The notes below the pieces were generated by a model. That model was not told the DNA's origin. It saw only the letters and a program-made list of their open reading frames with translations, and searched no databases. Below, piece by piece: positions 38,306-49,997 of a stretch of 64,000 bases of DNA; the first letter of the stretch is position 1, and each line of letters starts with the position of its first letter. Source of the DNA: Candidatus Latescibacterota bacterium (GTDB lineage: Bacteria; Latescibacterota; UBA2968); contig OZ242320.1 of assembly GCA_965208125.1 (NCBI GenBank), forward strand, positions 4,192,001 to 4,256,000, read 5' to 3'. The position numbers were made by a program, and so were the translations under genes.

Positions 38306-39190
38306 TCATCTCACGATCTGAGGTGACGCATAAAGATCGGGCCTGGCTTCGTTCGCTGTGAAGCAACCGGATGACCGCGCGTTCTCTATTAAATCTCTCG
38401 AGACCTCGGTCACGATCATGCCTTCCACTGGCGCGTGTTCGTCGATGAACTGGCCGTTCGGATCGATCGCGAAGGCGAGCCCTGGAAACCAGGCGTTGCC
38501 GCTTTTTCCCGCCTGGTTGGCGTAGAAAATGTAGAGCGCATTGTCCACGGCTCTCGCTGGCAAGATCTGGGCGGCAAGCTGTCGATGTTCGGCTGCCTGT
38601 TCGGTCTGATCGCCGTCAGGGGTGACGTTGTCAGCGCGGCCGCTTGCACCCACGGCGAGGAGGAAAAAGTCCGCGCCCTCCTGTGCGGCGGTTCGGAAGA
38701 TCTCCGGAAACCTCAGGTCGTAGCAGATCCCCACGCCGAAGGTCCAGCCTTGCGATGTCACAATAGGGAGTTGGCTCCCCGGTTCGAACCAGGCCCGCTC
38801 GGTTTCATTCGGGATGTGCAGTTTGGTGAAGGTCGCGAGGTAACCGCTGGGGCCTACGATGTAGGCGCTGTTGCGATAGCGTTCGCCCGCTGGCTCGATG
38901 GTACCGACGACAAGGGTCATGTCGAGTTCGCTGCAGAGCGATTCGAGGAACGGAATTGATTTCTCGGCCGCTGCTTCTGCGATCCGCACGGACTCCTCGG
39001 GAAGAATGTCCGATTTGTTCATCGAGCCCGTGATGCACTCTTCGGGAAAGAGCGCAAACGCGGCACCTTGCCTGTGAGCCTCTCTCGACCACTTGGCAAT
39101 TCGGTCGAGGTTGGTCGTGGGGTCGCCCATCGCGCTGTGCATGGCGACCGATGCGATACGTGTTTTTGTGTTGTTCATGGGATATGCCAT
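38306..39190 (-). CDS. Carbon-nitrogen hydrolase (nitrilase family)
   Basis: E-K-C triad: FPEE, KLH, ICYDLRFPE. Confidence 0.9.
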   Translation of the reverse strand: MAYPMNNTKTRIASVAMHSAMGDPTTNLDRIAKWSREAHRQGAAFALFPEECITGSMNKSDILPEESVRIAEAAAEKSIPFLESLCSELDMTLVVGTIEPAGERYRNSAYIVGPSGYLATFTKLHIPNETERAWFEPGSQLPIVTSQGWTFGVGICYDLRFPEIFRTAAQEGADFFLLAVGASGRADNVTPDGDQTEQAAEHRQLAAQILPARAVDNALYIFYANQAGKSGNAWFPGLAFAIDPNGQFIDEHAPVEGMIVTEVSRDLIENARSSGCFTANEARPDLYASPQIVR

Positions 39191-39227
39191 TCGACCCTCT
39201 CTCCGATGCGTGGTTATTCATGTGTAC

Positions 39228-40193
39228 TCATACAGCCGAACGAACCGAATAAACCGCTTCGAGAGAACCGACATTCGGGCGGCGGTTCTCTTCGTTCTGC
39301 CGGATGTTGCGGGCGAAGAAATCGTCGAACAGTTCCAACTCAAATTCTCTCGCAATGTCTATGGCCGAGCGCTTATCCGAATTGCTGTGGATCAAGGCGG
39401 TCCCGAGATAGCTCGGCACGTCGATCGTGACCTCATCCTGGTATTTCTTCTCGATCAGAGGAAACTTGCCGGAGTTTCCAGTGCGTTTGACCAGCACGCG
39501 GTCCAGGTTGATCGTTGCGCACATCGTGCGTGAATAGTTGGTGTTTAGTTTCACGGGCTGGCCGAGAGGATCGATCACCCCGCCTCCGTAGAACCGAAGT
39601 GCGGTCAGATAGTAGCACTGGCATTCGTACGCCCACTGCTGCTGAAGGAATCCGCCGTGATAGGCACTGGGAAATGTGAGGATGTCCGGTTTCAGGTCCC
39701 GGTAATCGAACCGAAGCTGTTCGAATTTCTGGTCGAAACAAACCACCCCTCCAAGGCGACCGATCGCGGTGTCGAAAACTTTGGGGCCGTCACCCGAGCG
39801 CAGCCCTTGTTTTCGCTCGTTATCCGTCAGGAACGTCTTGTGATAGGCACCGATCACTGAACCATCAGGGCCGATATACACAATCGAATTGAACACGTCG
39901 TCGCCTTCGCGGAGCTTGATAGATCCAGCCACGTGGCATGACTCGGCCCTGGCGAAATCCCGGTACATTGACAAAAACGGACCCGGCTGTTCCACGGTCT
40001 CGGCCGTTTCCAGGGTCTGGCCGTATCCTTCGACCAGCTCACAGGTCAACACGAGGTCCAGGTTGTATCCTTTCAATGAATTGAGGTCGTTTCGGGTCAT
40101 GCGCAGTACTTTTTCCATGCTTTCGGGTTCACCCCGCTGCAAATCGGCAAATGCACTGAACTGAATCGATCCAACTCTTACGAATCGTGCCAT
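39228..40193 (-). CDS. Carbon-nitrogen hydrolase (nitrilase family)
   Basis: TCE, YHKTFL, VCFD; start placed at MARFVRVG after a GGAGAG SD (the longer ORF overlaps the upstream gene). Confidence 0.82.
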   Translation of the reverse strand: MARFVRVGSIQFSAFADLQRGEPESMEKVLRMTRNDLNSLKGYNLDLVLTCELVEGYGQTLETAETVEQPGPFLSMYRDFARAESCHVAGSIKLREGDDVFNSIVYIGPDGSVIGAYHKTFLTDNERKQGLRSGDGPKVFDTAIGRLGGVVCFDQKFEQLRFDYRDLKPDILTFPSAYHGGFLQQQWAYECQCYYLTALRFYGGGVIDPLGQPVKLNTNYSRTMCATINLDRVLVKRTGNSGKFPLIEKKYQDEVTIDVPSYLGTALIHSNSDKRSAIDIAREFELELFDDFFARNIRQNEENRRPNVGSLEAVYSVRSAV

Positions 40194-40228
40194 ATCTCTC
40201 TCCTTTTCAATCACAATGCTAATGTCCA

Positions 40229-41518
40229 TTAGAGCGCGGCGTCGCCCGCCTCCGTCCGCAAGCTGTGTCGGCCCTCTATATGGGCGTGCCAGTCCATGCC
40301 GATCTCCGGTCGCAGTCGGGTCGGTCTGGGCAGCGCATTCACCTGCTCCGCCACGATCGACGGCAGGCCCACATCGCTCAGCAACTGCGCCAGATACGCC
40401 ATCCGAACCAGCGTCTCGCTCTGGTACAGGCTCATGCCATCGACCCCCGCAGCGTACTGTCGCGCTGCCAGTGCATAGGCCGGTTGCGCCGCGTAAAAAC
40501 CCGTATTCTTCTCTACCCGGTTTTGGATCAGCCCTTTGGATCCCACACCGCCAATGCACAGTTTACCGTGTCGGTGCGCCACCGCTGCGTGATAGCCGAC
40601 GTGCAGGTCCAGATCCTCGCGGGTCAAAGGAAAGGGACTCAACATCAATCCGTCGATCAGATCCTCCTCGCACCAGCGCTCGCTGTCCAGTCCATAGGCC
40701 AGCATCAGCCATCGCGCGTTGTCGGGCACCCGGGCGATGATTGGGCAGCGCCGACCCAATTTGCCCTCCTGGACGCGCACCGCCCGCCGCAGTTCGTTCA
40801 TAAATCCGGTCAGCACATCGGCCCGGTACTGGAACCACGCCCGGTACTGTTCGAAGTCGTCCGAGTCGATTTCGCGCGGATCCACCCCCGTCTCCGCCAT
40901 AAACGGCTCGACCAGCGCCGGATGGTATAGCAGCATCGGCATCTGCCGGCAGAAGTCGAGCACCAGCCCATCGACGCCGATCCTCTGGCACTCGAGCAAA
41001 ATATCGATCCGCTCGCGCCGCACTTCCGCCAGTGCGTAGCACAGCCGGCTGGCATCCTCGTTGCCCGGCTTGGTCACCTCCCTGAAGGCCGGATTGTCCA
41101 GCGCGAATTTGGACGTGACCCCTATCCAGTCCGTCCGGCCATAGTGGCGGTTCATCCCCAGACGACCCCATAGTTGCGCCCCACGATCGCGGCACAGCGC
41201 CAGCGTGTGCCGCAACGGACACACCTCGTCCATCACCTTGCGAACGAAGCTCCAGGATATGCCGCCGACCTGGTCGCCATTTTCGCACATCCGCGTGATA
41301 TGGGGCAATTCGGACCAGTAGTCCACCACCGAACGCCCCAGATTCCAAACCAGATGGTCGCAGCCCGTTTGCAGGTGCAGATCGACGCACTCGTCCAGTG
41401 CTTTGGGTCCCGGGCACGGCTTGTCGTAGTTGGCGTAATAGCACATCCACTCCGAGATGCCGAACACCGGTTTTTCGTTGCTGCTTGCCTCGCGCAATTC
41501 GAGTTGCTCTTGCGCCAT
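40229..41518 (-). CDS. Glycoside hydrolase-like TIM barrel (GHL10-like) protein
   Basis: LCYALAEVR..RID, VDGLVLDFCR, W..EDLID patterns. Confidence 0.55.
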   Translation of the reverse strand: MAQEQLELREASSNEKPVFGISEWMCYYANYDKPCPGPKALDECVDLHLQTGCDHLVWNLGRSVVDYWSELPHITRMCENGDQVGGISWSFVRKVMDEVCPLRHTLALCRDRGAQLWGRLGMNRHYGRTDWIGVTSKFALDNPAFREVTKPGNEDASRLCYALAEVRRERIDILLECQRIGVDGLVLDFCRQMPMLLYHPALVEPFMAETGVDPREIDSDDFEQYRAWFQYRADVLTGFMNELRRAVRVQEGKLGRRCPIIARVPDNARWLMLAYGLDSERWCEEDLIDGLMLSPFPLTREDLDLHVGYHAAVAHRHGKLCIGGVGSKGLIQNRVEKNTGFYAAQPAYALAARQYAAGVDGMSLYQSETLVRMAYLAQLLSDVGLPSIVAEQVNALPRPTRLRPEIGMDWHAHIEGRHSLRTEAGDAAL

Positions 41519-41557
41519 CTAAGGTGCCCTCCTGATCGGGTGTATTTATCGAAAGCA

Positions 41558-42493
41558 TTAAGCGGGCCATCGCGCGGTGCCGATGGCGTAATACTTGTGT
41601 ACAAAAGGTGGTTTGGTGCGCGAAGCGTACCACAGGCGCAGGGAGCCGTCGGTTAGGCGCAAGAGCGAATGGCTGGTGGTAAAGTGCGATTCCCATGGCC
41701 GCGAAGGGTCGGGGCCAAAGATCGGATTGTGAGGGCTTTTAGTCCAGTTGAAGCCGTCTTCGCTGATGGCAAATCCGATGGAGGTTTTCATGACCTCGGG
41801 CGGATAGCTGCTATAGCTGCCGTACCACATCAGATAATAACCGTCTTCTTTAAGAACGGCTGGATAGACCAGGCGCTGGAACTCCCATTCCTGGTCCAAT
41901 TCCAACACCGGCTGGGGATGGACTTGCCACTGAAAGCCGTCGTCGCTGTGGGCGGCGCATATGGTCCAGGGGTCGGCGGTCACATCGGTGTACCACAGGC
42001 GGTAGCGGTCGTCTTCCCAAAACAGGGTGGGGGCGTAGGCGTTTTCCAATAGGGGCTCGGAGGGCGTATCCCAGCGAAGCCCGTCGTCGCTGGTCATGGC
42101 GTGCAGGGTGTGGCGTGTGTCGCCAGAGGGAAAATCGGTCGAGGAAAAAAACATACGCAGCTTGCCCGCCTCGCGCCGCAGGGAGCCGTCCGGGTGGCGC
42201 ACCAGGGTAGGGGTGAGGATGGAGTGGTCGGTCATCAGGGTGCAAACCGGGGAGGCAGGGTGTCGTGTAAAATGCAGGCCATCGTCGCTGGTGGCCAGCC
42301 CCAGAGCAAAAACCCGCAGATCTACTTCGCCGCGCGAGCCGCTGTACCACATGTAATAGCGCCCGTTTTCCAAAGCGACACAGGGAGCAAAAATGTGGGT
42401 GTCGTCAAATTGACCGGCTGCGCCCAGGGACAGACAAGGTGCATCAATGTCTCGCTCCCAGGGTTGTGGATCCAGCCATTGGTTTTTGTTCAT
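41558..42493 (-). CDS. Five-bladed beta-propeller glycosidase-like protein (GH32/43/130-like)
   Basis: Repeated P.V..E.GRY.MWY and ATSDDG..W/F blades. Confidence 0.7.
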   Translation of the reverse strand: MNKNQWLDPQPWERDIDAPCLSLGAAGQFDDTHIFAPCVALENGRYYMWYSGSRGEVDLRVFALGLATSDDGLHFTRHPASPVCTLMTDHSILTPTLVRHPDGSLRREAGKLRMFFSSTDFPSGDTRHTLHAMTSDDGLRWDTPSEPLLENAYAPTLFWEDDRYRLWYTDVTADPWTICAAHSDDGFQWQVHPQPVLELDQEWEFQRLVYPAVLKEDGYYLMWYGSYSSYPPEVMKTSIGFAISEDGFNWTKSPHNPIFGPDPSRPWESHFTTSHSLLRLTDGSLRLWYASRTKPPFVHKYYAIGTARWPA

Positions 42494-42510
42494 GATCTGT
42501 TTTCCTCATT

Positions 42511-43929
42511 TCACCTCGCCGTATAATCCCCCTCCAAAATACAGGGGAGACCATCGCGGGCCATCAGCGCAATCCTCGCCAATCCATGCTGTAAAAAACT
42601 CGGTCCCATCTGCGACTCGTACCAATCAATTCCCGACGCACCCCTCGGCAGATTGCCGTCCATATAAATGGCCATAAGCTTCTCGGCAAGGGCCATGCCC
42701 CCGTCCAGCCACCTGGTTTCTCCCGTCAGATCATATAAATCTGCCAATAGCTCCAACCCCAATCCGGCATCCATCGCCGGTACGGCAATGTCATCCGGGA
42801 AATCGGTTTCCAAATAGCTCTTTCCAACCGCGACGGCCCACTCAAAAAGCCCTTGATGGGGCCGAATGCGATGGCCACACAGGGCAAATAGTGCGGCATA
42901 ACAAGCGGGCCAGTTTCCATATACGCTGCCCCAAATCGGCATCGTTCCTTTCGCTTCGTTGGAACCCCGGTGAAAGGAATTCACATAAATACCCCGTTCC
43001 AGATCGTGGGGGGCTTTTAAAAATCCGTCGATATAAACGGCGGCCCGTTCTCTCATGCGAGTGGCCAGATCTGGTAACGCACCTGCAATCAACTCGGCGG
43101 ATTCAAGCAGGCTCACCCCCAGGGAGAGCGTCTGCCCAGGCGCATTGATTCGATAAAAATCCACATCGTCCTCGGGCGATCTGCTCTCCGTTTGCAGCAG
43201 GCCCAGGTCGTCCCGCTTCTCCCACCAGTAGTCCAGCATGGTTTCGATCTGTTGTACAAAATCCGTTCGACCCGTCTTCAAGTAAGCAAATGCCCAATCG
43301 AAAATGTAAAATCCCCCATGCCTCGGGAAATCGCAGGACCGCTCGCCCCGGGCATAGGGTCGTTTCTCATCGATATATGCATGCCGAATGTATTCCAGCG
43401 GCTCCCCTTCGGTCCAATGTCCGTTGATCCCCTCGGCAAAGCGCTCGACGCATGGCGGATTGAAGGTATACAGTTTTTCCCACAGCCAGAGCGGTGCCTG
43501 TCGCAGGTGATCGTGTGTCGTCTTGCTGGACCTTGCCCCCTCCCGCAATTGATAGCTGTCTGCCACCCGATCTTCCAATAGATGCCAGTACGCGTGTTCT
43601 CCCCAGGGGAAAATACCCGTTATTGTATCTGTACAGTGGGTTGCAAACCGCTGCAAATACCGGTCTGCCGCCTGTGCATAATCCGGGCGGTCCAGCGCCT
43701 CGGCAAGCGCGTACATCGTCTTCAGCGCCGCCTGATCGTGGATCAAATTGCTGCCCAGATGTGACCGGTCGCCGTCTCGCTGTCCCGCAATCCCCGGCGG
43801 CATTTCCGTCATCATCTGATGGGTCGATCGATCAATAATCGAGGGGAACAACCCCTCATAGATCTCTCCCAATGCGATCAGAATATCCAGCGAACGGCAC
43901 ACTTTCTCAAGCATGGTTTCGGGGTTCAT
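42511..43929 (-). CDS. Hypothetical (alpha/alpha)-barrel protein, possibly PL2 pectate-lyase-like
   Basis: SNLIHDQ..L..LA....Y..AAD.YL, TGIFPWGEH, FPRHGG. Confidence 0.45.
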   Translation of the reverse strand: MNPETMLEKVCRSLDILIALGEIYEGLFPSIIDRSTHQMMTEMPPGIAGQRDGDRSHLGSNLIHDQAALKTMYALAEALDRPDYAQAADRYLQRFATHCTDTITGIFPWGEHAYWHLLEDRVADSYQLREGARSSKTTHDHLRQAPLWLWEKLYTFNPPCVERFAEGINGHWTEGEPLEYIRHAYIDEKRPYARGERSCDFPRHGGFYIFDWAFAYLKTGRTDFVQQIETMLDYWWEKRDDLGLLQTESRSPEDDVDFYRINAPGQTLSLGVSLLESAELIAGALPDLATRMRERAAVYIDGFLKAPHDLERGIYVNSFHRGSNEAKGTMPIWGSVYGNWPACYAALFALCGHRIRPHQGLFEWAVAVGKSYLETDFPDDIAVPAMDAGLGLELLADLYDLTGETRWLDGGMALAEKLMAIYMDGNLPRGASGIDWYESQMGPSFLQHGLARIALMARDGLPCILEGDYTAR

Positions 43930-43955
43930 CCGCGTCCTCCGATCTAAAGAAAAGA

Positions 43956-43986
43956 ATTATATATAGCCTTTTAGGGGTCAGGTCAA
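43956..43986 (-). promoter_or_regulatory. Possible sigma70 promoter for the minus-strand run starting at 43929
   Basis: Minus strand TTGACC...TATATAAT upstream of a GGAGG SD; spacer 17-19 nt. Confidence 0.4.
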
Positions 43987-44026
43987 GTGGTGTAAGGCGT
44001 GGATTGAAAGGCAGAATTGTAGAGAA

Positions 44027-44055
44027 TCCCCACTGGACAACCTATCCAGTGGGGA
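44027..44055 (-). terminator. Hairpin after the RND operon
   Basis: TCCCCACTGGA-7nt-TCCAGTGGGGA perfect 11-bp stem; weak U tract. Confidence 0.55.
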
Positions 44056-44087
44056 CCTGTATCCCAATTTATTCACCATTCTGTTTT

Positions 44088-47000
44088 TTAAAATCCGTCC
44101 GTCGAACGGCTCAAGCTGTACCGGGTATTTGTGACCAGAGAGACAGCATCCTCCAGAATCATATACAGACAGGGCACTAACAAAAGAATTATAGACGTCG
44201 CGAAAACAATACCAAATCCGAGAGAGATTGCCATAGGAATGAGATAATAAGCCTGACGGGATGTCTCCAAAATAATCGGTGTCAAACCACCAAATGTTGT
44301 CAATGTAGTCAAAATAATAGGCTTGAAGCGCCGAAGCCCAGCAGTATGAATTGCCTCAAAAGCCGAACTATGGGCACGCCTTTTATTTGCATAATCGATC
44401 ATAATCAGTGAGTCATTTACCACAACACCCGACAGGGCGATCACCCCCATCAAACTGATAAGCGATAAATCATAACCGAGCAAAATATGACCGATCACAG
44501 CGCCCACAATCCCAAACGGAATTGCCGCCATCACAATTAAGGGCTGGACATAGCTACCAAATGCAATGGCGAGTAACATATACACAATGGCCATCGCCAT
44601 GGCAAACCCGCCCCATAGCGCCTGCGTAGATTCACGCATCTCAGCCTGCGTCCCCTGAAACGTCCAGATTAATCCCGGATACTCAGCGCGAATTTGTGGC
44701 AACACATCGGTTTTAATCGCTTCCATAACGCGCGTCATCGCTCGCTTGGGCTCCACATCCATACTCACCGTCACCACGCGCCGACCATCTCGCCGATTAA
44801 TACTTGTAAACGCTTCGCCACGCTTAATATCTACCACATCCATCAAAGGTGCTTCTGTGCCATCAGGTGTACGCACAACAAATTCTTCGAGATGGCGAAT
44901 ATCCTTTCGCTCTGCCATTGGTAATTTCACGCGCATTTCAATTTCATTTGTACCGCGCAACTGACGCATCGCCAGTGCGCCGTAAAACGCATCGCGCAAC
45001 TGACGCCCTACCTCAACCGCCGTCAATCCCAAATTTCTGCCTTCCGGACGCAACACAAAATCAAACTGCGCTTTACCTTTGTTGTAATTGTCACTCACAT
45101 CGTGCGTCTCTTCAAACCCTTCGGCGCGCTCTAAAAATGCCCGACTGGCTTTGGCCAACACGTCAATATCCGAATGGCTCAAATCGACGCTGATATCCTG
45201 TTGCCAACCGCCCGGCCCACTCTCGGCCTCAAACGTAATCTGACTGACACCATCAATATCCCCGATGTTATCGCGCCATAGTGAGATGATCTCTCCTGTC
45301 GTCATATCGTGTTCATCGGGCGGTTTCATCACAATTTCTACATCGATAAAACTCCCCCCGCGCACATTGGTTTTAATCCCTTCGGCCACGCGATAAAGGT
45401 TGTGCGCTTCAAACATGCGATGGGTCGATTCGGTCACATCATGTGCAACCCGCGCAGCTTGGTCCCGCGTGGTCCCCACAGGCAATCGGATACCCGCCTC
45501 AATCTCATCGGCAGAAACTTCGGGCATCATAATCATACCCATATGATCGCTGTATCCATAACCGCCCACCATCATCAGCAAAGCAATAGCAGATGCAATT
45601 GTAACGTACCGATGCCGAATGCATACATCCAGAAACCTGCGATAGTGTTGGTCGATAAACCGATTGAAATGGCTGGCAATAGATCGTTGCCAGCGATGTG
45701 CAGTGCCATTTACCGGCGAAACAGCGCGTTTTGAAAGGTGCCCGAGATGCGCAGGCAAAATAAATAGCGCCTCCAAAAGAGACACGGCCAGCACAGTGAT
45801 CACAACCGCAGGCAATGGCCACCAGAATTTTCCCGTGGTGCCGGGCATAAACAAAAGCGGTAGAAAGGCCACAATCGTAGTCAAAATGCTAAACGTAACC
45901 GGCCTGGCAATATCATGTGTACCCGCAATGGCCGCCTGCATCGGGCTCATACCTTGTTCCCGATATTCATGTACATTTTCTCCCACAACAATCGCGTCAT
46001 CCACGACAATGCCGAGCACCACCAAAAATGCAAACATAGAAACCATATTGATGCTCACATCAATAGCAGGCAGAAACACCAGTCCGCCAATGAAAGAAAT
46101 GGCCATCCCCATCATCACCCAAAATGCAAGCCGAAACTCGAGGAACATCGCCAGAATAAGCAAAACAATCACGACAGCCAGCATCCCGTTTTCGATCAGC
46201 AAAAACAACCGATCTTTGTAATCCTCTGCACTGTTGCTGTCGATCCGATACTTCACACCAGGCGGCAGGGTGGTCTCAAAGTCTGCCATGATATTTTTAA
46301 CAGCCTCGGCAATCTCAAGTGGCGATTGACTCCCAATCCGATAGATATCCACACCAACTGTAAGCTGCCGATTAAACCGTTCGTGAAATCCGCCTTCTTC
46401 AAAGCCATCCGTGATCTTTGCCAGGTCCGCCAGTGTAACCCCACCACCTCCTTCTGAAGGGATAATCACAATACGACTATATTCATCGGCCCACTGCTTG
46501 CGCTCTTTCATGCGCAACAAAATTTCACCCGTACCCGTATCCACAGAACCCGCGGGAATGTCTTCACTCGACGCAACAATCACGCGTGCCACATCGCGTA
46601 GTGTAAGACCGTATTCACGCAACCTGTGCTGAGGAATTTCAATATGCGTCCTGTATTCTGGCACATTGCCAAGCTCAACCTGTGTAATGGTCGGATCGCT
46701 CAGCAATCGATCCCTTAGCTGTTCGGCCAGACTTCTCAGCGTACCGATATCTACATCGCCATACAGCCCAATATCCATCACATTGCGCTGTTGTGCCCTC
46801 AAGCTGACTTCGGGTTGTTCTATATCATCGGGAAATGTCCGAATCCGATTGACTGCCTGATCAATATCCTGAAAGGCTTTCCCCCGGTTGGTGCCAGCCA
46901 CCAGTTCGATGGTTACACTCCCACGCCCCTCGCGAGCCTGCGACGTCATTTCCATGATCCCCTGCACACCGCGCACAGCTTCTTCTATCGGCTGTAAAAT

Positions 47001-47222
47001 CCCCTGCTCCACCTCCGCAGGTGCCGCACCCGGATAGCCCACACTGACCGAGACGATATCCAGTTCATACTGTGGATAGACCTCCTTCTGAATATGAAAA
47101 GCCGTCCAGATCCCGCCCCCAACGAGGATGATCATAAACAGATTAGCCGCAATAGCATTGCGCGCCATCCAGGCAATCGGACCTCGTGCTTCTTCAAATG
47201 TATCCTGTGTGTCATTCATCAC
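44088..47222 (-). CDS. RND efflux transporter, AcrB/AcrD/AcrF family
   Basis: 1044 aa; [33 protein letters not shown]. Confidence 0.93.
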   Translation of the reverse strand: MMNDTQDTFEEARGPIAWMARNAIAANLFMIILVGGGIWTAFHIQKEVYPQYELDIVSVSVGYPGAAPAEVEQGILQPIEEAVRGVQGIMEMTSQAREGRGSVTIELVAGTNRGKAFQDIDQAVNRIRTFPDDIEQPEVSLRAQQRNVMDIGLYGDVDIGTLRSLAEQLRDRLLSDPTITQVELGNVPEYRTHIEIPQHRLREYGLTLRDVARVIVASSEDIPAGSVDTGTGEILLRMKERKQWADEYSRIVIIPSEGGGGVTLADLAKITDGFEEGGFHERFNRQLTVGVDIYRIGSQSPLEIAEAVKNIMADFETTLPPGVKYRIDSNSAEDYKDRLFLLIENGMLAVVIVLLILAMFLEFRLAFWVMMGMAISFIGGLVFLPAIDVSINMVSMFAFLVVLGIVVDDAIVVGENVHEYREQGMSPMQAAIAGTHDIARPVTFSILTTIVAFLPLLFMPGTTGKFWWPLPAVVITVLAVSLLEALFILPAHLGHLSKRAVSPVNGTAHRWQRSIASHFNRFIDQHYRRFLDVCIRHRYVTIASAIALLMMVGGYGYSDHMGMIMMPEVSADEIEAGIRLPVGTTRDQAARVAHDVTESTHRMFEAHNLYRVAEGIKTNVRGGSFIDVEIVMKPPDEHDMTTGEIISLWRDNIGDIDGVSQITFEAESGPGGWQQDISVDLSHSDIDVLAKASRAFLERAEGFEETHDVSDNYNKGKAQFDFVLRPEGRNLGLTAVEVGRQLRDAFYGALAMRQLRGTNEIEMRVKLPMAERKDIRHLEEFVVRTPDGTEAPLMDVVDIKRGEAFTSINRRDGRRVVTVSMDVEPKRAMTRVMEAIKTDVLPQIRAEYPGLIWTFQGTQAEMRESTQALWGGFAMAMAIVYMLLAIAFGSYVQPLIVMAAIPFGIVGAVIGHILLGYDLSLISLMGVIALSGVVVNDSLIMIDYANKRRAHSSAFEAIHTAGLRRFKPIILTTLTTFGGLTPIILETSRQAYYLIPMAISLGFGIVFATSIILLLVPCLYMILEDAVSLVTNTRYSLSRSTDGF

Positions 47223-48418
47223 CGGGTGTCTCCCAGGGTTTTAGGATCTTCCTTCCCAACACTTTTCACACGCAATTCTGCACCATCAGCAACTCGAGAT
47301 AAATTGGTCGTAACCACCCGATCCTTATCCTGCAACCCATCCGATATATAAGCATAGTCGGCATCTTGAAAAACGATCTCGACAGACCGAATCCGCAACA
47401 GACCGTCTTTCATCACCCAGACCGTATTGCCAGCCCGGATATAATCGCGTGCCAGACGCACCACATTGGGAATTTCTTTGGCCTCAATATACGTCTCAAC
47501 AAATGCGCCAATCATCAACGGAGACAGATGATCAGATCCATCCTGATGAGCAAGCGGATCAGAAACAGAAACCAGCACCCGCGCCATACGCGTCTTTTCT
47601 GCCAAAGCACCAATGAGTCTGTGAAGAGAGCCTGTGCGATAAGCACCTTTCTTTTCCGTCACACGATTGCGAATCTGCACCAGCGATCCCTTTTCTTCCT
47701 CGCTGTTGGGAAAAGAAAGCCACGGAATTTTGGAAAGCGGAATGGTCGTCACCACCCAGTATGTATCCAGACCAACCAGACGCCCGAGATTATCGCGTGG
47801 AGAAACCAGAGAACCCACATTGGCATTGCGACTTAAAATGTGCGCGTCAAAAGGCGCTTTAATGGTTGTTCTCTGCAATTCCAGTTCAGCCTGATTCACT
47901 GCCGCCTGCGCCGCTTCTACCCGTGCCCGAGTTGCATTGAGTTGAGGTTGGCGCAGCACAAGCGCCTCAAGCTCACCCGACAGCGTCTCATTCAGAATCT
48001 GATAATCTTTCTGCGCCACATTCTGCCGTCCCATCTCAATATTCAAATCAGCAGTGGCACGACGCAGATCGCTCTTTTTTTGCAAAAGTGCATTCTGATA
48101 ATCTGCCGGATCAATCTGCAACAGTACCTGACCCTTTTTGACAAACCCACCCGGCGTAAAAGTTGATGACAGCGAAAGTACCCGTCCACCGACTTGTGGA
48201 CTCAAGATGATATCCTGTTCTGCTTCAACCGTCCCCGTCGCCACAATCACGGGGCGATACGTACCGCGTTGCACCTCAAACACATCGACGAGCATCGCGG
48301 TTTTCTTAGTCGCCGCAACGCGAGTCGCCGTAGGCTCCGTCATAAAAATCAACGCAGTAATACCTGCACCCACAACCAGAATACAAAAACAAATAATCAG
48401 CCCTTTTTTGCTATCCAC
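47219..48418 (-). CDS. RND membrane fusion (periplasmic adaptor) protein
   Basis: N-terminal TM helix, [27 protein letters not shown]. Confidence 0.9.
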   Translation of the reverse strand: MDSKKGLIICFCILVVGAGITALIFMTEPTATRVAATKKTAMLVDVFEVQRGTYRPVIVATGTVEAEQDIILSPQVGGRVLSLSSTFTPGGFVKKGQVLLQIDPADYQNALLQKKSDLRRATADLNIEMGRQNVAQKDYQILNETLSGELEALVLRQPQLNATRARVEAAQAAVNQAELELQRTTIKAPFDAHILSRNANVGSLVSPRDNLGRLVGLDTYWVVTTIPLSKIPWLSFPNSEEEKGSLVQIRNRVTEKKGAYRTGSLHRLIGALAEKTRMARVLVSVSDPLAHQDGSDHLSPLMIGAFVETYIEAKEIPNVVRLARDYIRAGNTVWVMKDGLLRIRSVEIVFQDADYAYISDGLQDKDRVVTTNLSRVADGAELRVKSVGKEDPKTLGDTR

Positions 48419-48425
48419 GTTATGC

Positions 48426-49787
48426 CTATCCGTTTATGTTATTACGAGCAATTTCAAAACCACCTGCGAGCGCCCGATAAAGCGCAATGCGGAATTCCAG
48501 CAAATCGAGTTTCGCAGAAATCAACGCTCGTCGGAGCCTCTGTTCGTTTGTCAGCGCGGTAAGCACGTCGAGATAATCGCTGATGCCATTTAAATACTCC
48601 AGCCTTAACTGATCATACGTCTGCCTCACCAGAGCGACCTGCGCTTCGAGACTCGCGATGCGTTCAACCTGTTTTTGTTCTTGAACCAATGCATTTTCCA
48701 CTTCGACAAATGCCGTCAAAACCGTCTGCCCATAAGCCGAGAGTTGCGCGCTTTTGTTGGCTTTATTGCGCTTGATTTCTGCCCCCCGTTCACCACCATC
48801 GATAACAGGTAGCAAAAGATTGCCTATCAGATTGCCTACCCAATCTTTAAACAGACCACCGCGATCATCACCCGATGCCAATGCTGTCAGACTCAAACGC
48901 GGATACCGATTGCTGATAGCAACCGCCACATCGCGATCCGCCGCCAGCAGCAGGTTATAAGCCCTTTTGACATCTGGACGTCGCTGAATCAACTCAACAG
49001 GCAAACCCGTATCCGGCAGAGGTGGCAGATCTGGCAAAGCGCGATGCGTATAGGCAATTCCATCCTGAGGGGCATAGCCCGACAAAACAGCGAGTTGGTG
49101 TTCTAACACCTCGATTCTGGATTCTGTCGCGATTTTTTGTTCGCGTGTGGATTCGATCAATTGCCTTTGTCGCAAAATATCCACACTGCGAATCTGCCCA
49201 CTGCCAAAACGCGCTCGAATCAGACTCAGCACTTGCTGATTGGTCTCGATCTGATGCTCAAAAAGTTCGCGCTGACTTTGTGCTTCCATCAACTGAAAAT
49301 AAGTACGCACGACCTCTGCTGAAAGCGACAATGCCGCAGTCTGATAATCAGCCTCAGTCGCCCGCATTCGATAACGCGCGGCATCCACACCCGAACGAAT
49401 CCGCCCCCACAGATCTATTTCGTATTCGGACGTGATGCCCAAACGGATCTGTGCATTATTTTCAGAATCGGGACGTTGAACCTCACCGCGCCCAGATACT
49501 TCCAGCGTTGGAAACCGACCAGCCCCTTCGCGATCTACAACAGCCTGTGCACTTCGCAACCGATGCCACGCCGTCTCCAAATTGAAATTGGACTGCAATG
49601 CGCGATTGACCAGGCTGTCCATACGCGCATCTCCAAAAGCGGTCCACCACCGTTCAGAAAGTGCCTGTGAGGCATGACTGGAAAAAGCTTTGGGAGGTTC
49701 AAAAGGAAGGGTAAGATTTGCAGACCTGGGCGAACACCCAAAAACAAACACGGGCCAGATCAAAAGAAACAAGCGAACATATAGCAT
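48426..49787 (-). CDS. Outer-membrane efflux lipoprotein (NodT/TolC family)
   Basis: Lipobox VFGC, WWTAFGD, YEIDLWG, RRPDV. Confidence 0.9.
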   Translation of the reverse strand: MLYVRLFLLIWPVFVFGCSPRSANLTLPFEPPKAFSSHASQALSERWWTAFGDARMDSLVNRALQSNFNLETAWHRLRSAQAVVDREGAGRFPTLEVSGRGEVQRPDSENNAQIRLGITSEYEIDLWGRIRSGVDAARYRMRATEADYQTAALSLSAEVVRTYFQLMEAQSQRELFEHQIETNQQVLSLIRARFGSGQIRSVDILRQRQLIESTREQKIATESRIEVLEHQLAVLSGYAPQDGIAYTHRALPDLPPLPDTGLPVELIQRRPDVKRAYNLLLAADRDVAVAISNRYPRLSLTALASGDDRGGLFKDWVGNLIGNLLLPVIDGGERGAEIKRNKANKSAQLSAYGQTVLTAFVEVENALVQEQKQVERIASLEAQVALVRQTYDQLRLEYLNGISDYLDVLTALTNEQRLRRALISAKLDLLEFRIALYRALAGGFEIARNNING

Positions 49788-49916
49788 GTGTAGGATAATT
49801 TCCAAATGGTCACAAACATCCGTTTCAATACAAAATGACAGCCTGTAATGTAAACCGTCACAATATAATAACCAAATAGGATTATGGGATCAAGTAACCA
49901 CTTACTTATTTGCCAA

Positions 49917-49991
49917 TTATTTTCCAGGCGGGCAGATCGGGTCTATCTTGTCCGCTTTATCGAACTCGCCGTCGGCAACATTCTGTTTGGA
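49917..49991 (-). pseudogene. 3' remnant of an aldo/keto reductase gene paralogous to 61906-62844
   Basis: Translates SKQNVADGEFDKADKIDPICPPGK-stop versus KQNATAADGELDQATLKKIDAICPPGKSA-stop; nucleotide match to ~61915-61996. Confidence 0.8.
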
Positions 49992-49997
49992 GCGGCC

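Noticed and set aside
40563-41696. 377-aa alternative-frame ORF and other shadow ORFs
   Set aside because: Overlap well-supported genes; Arg/Gly/Ala-rich composition typical of GC-rich off-frames
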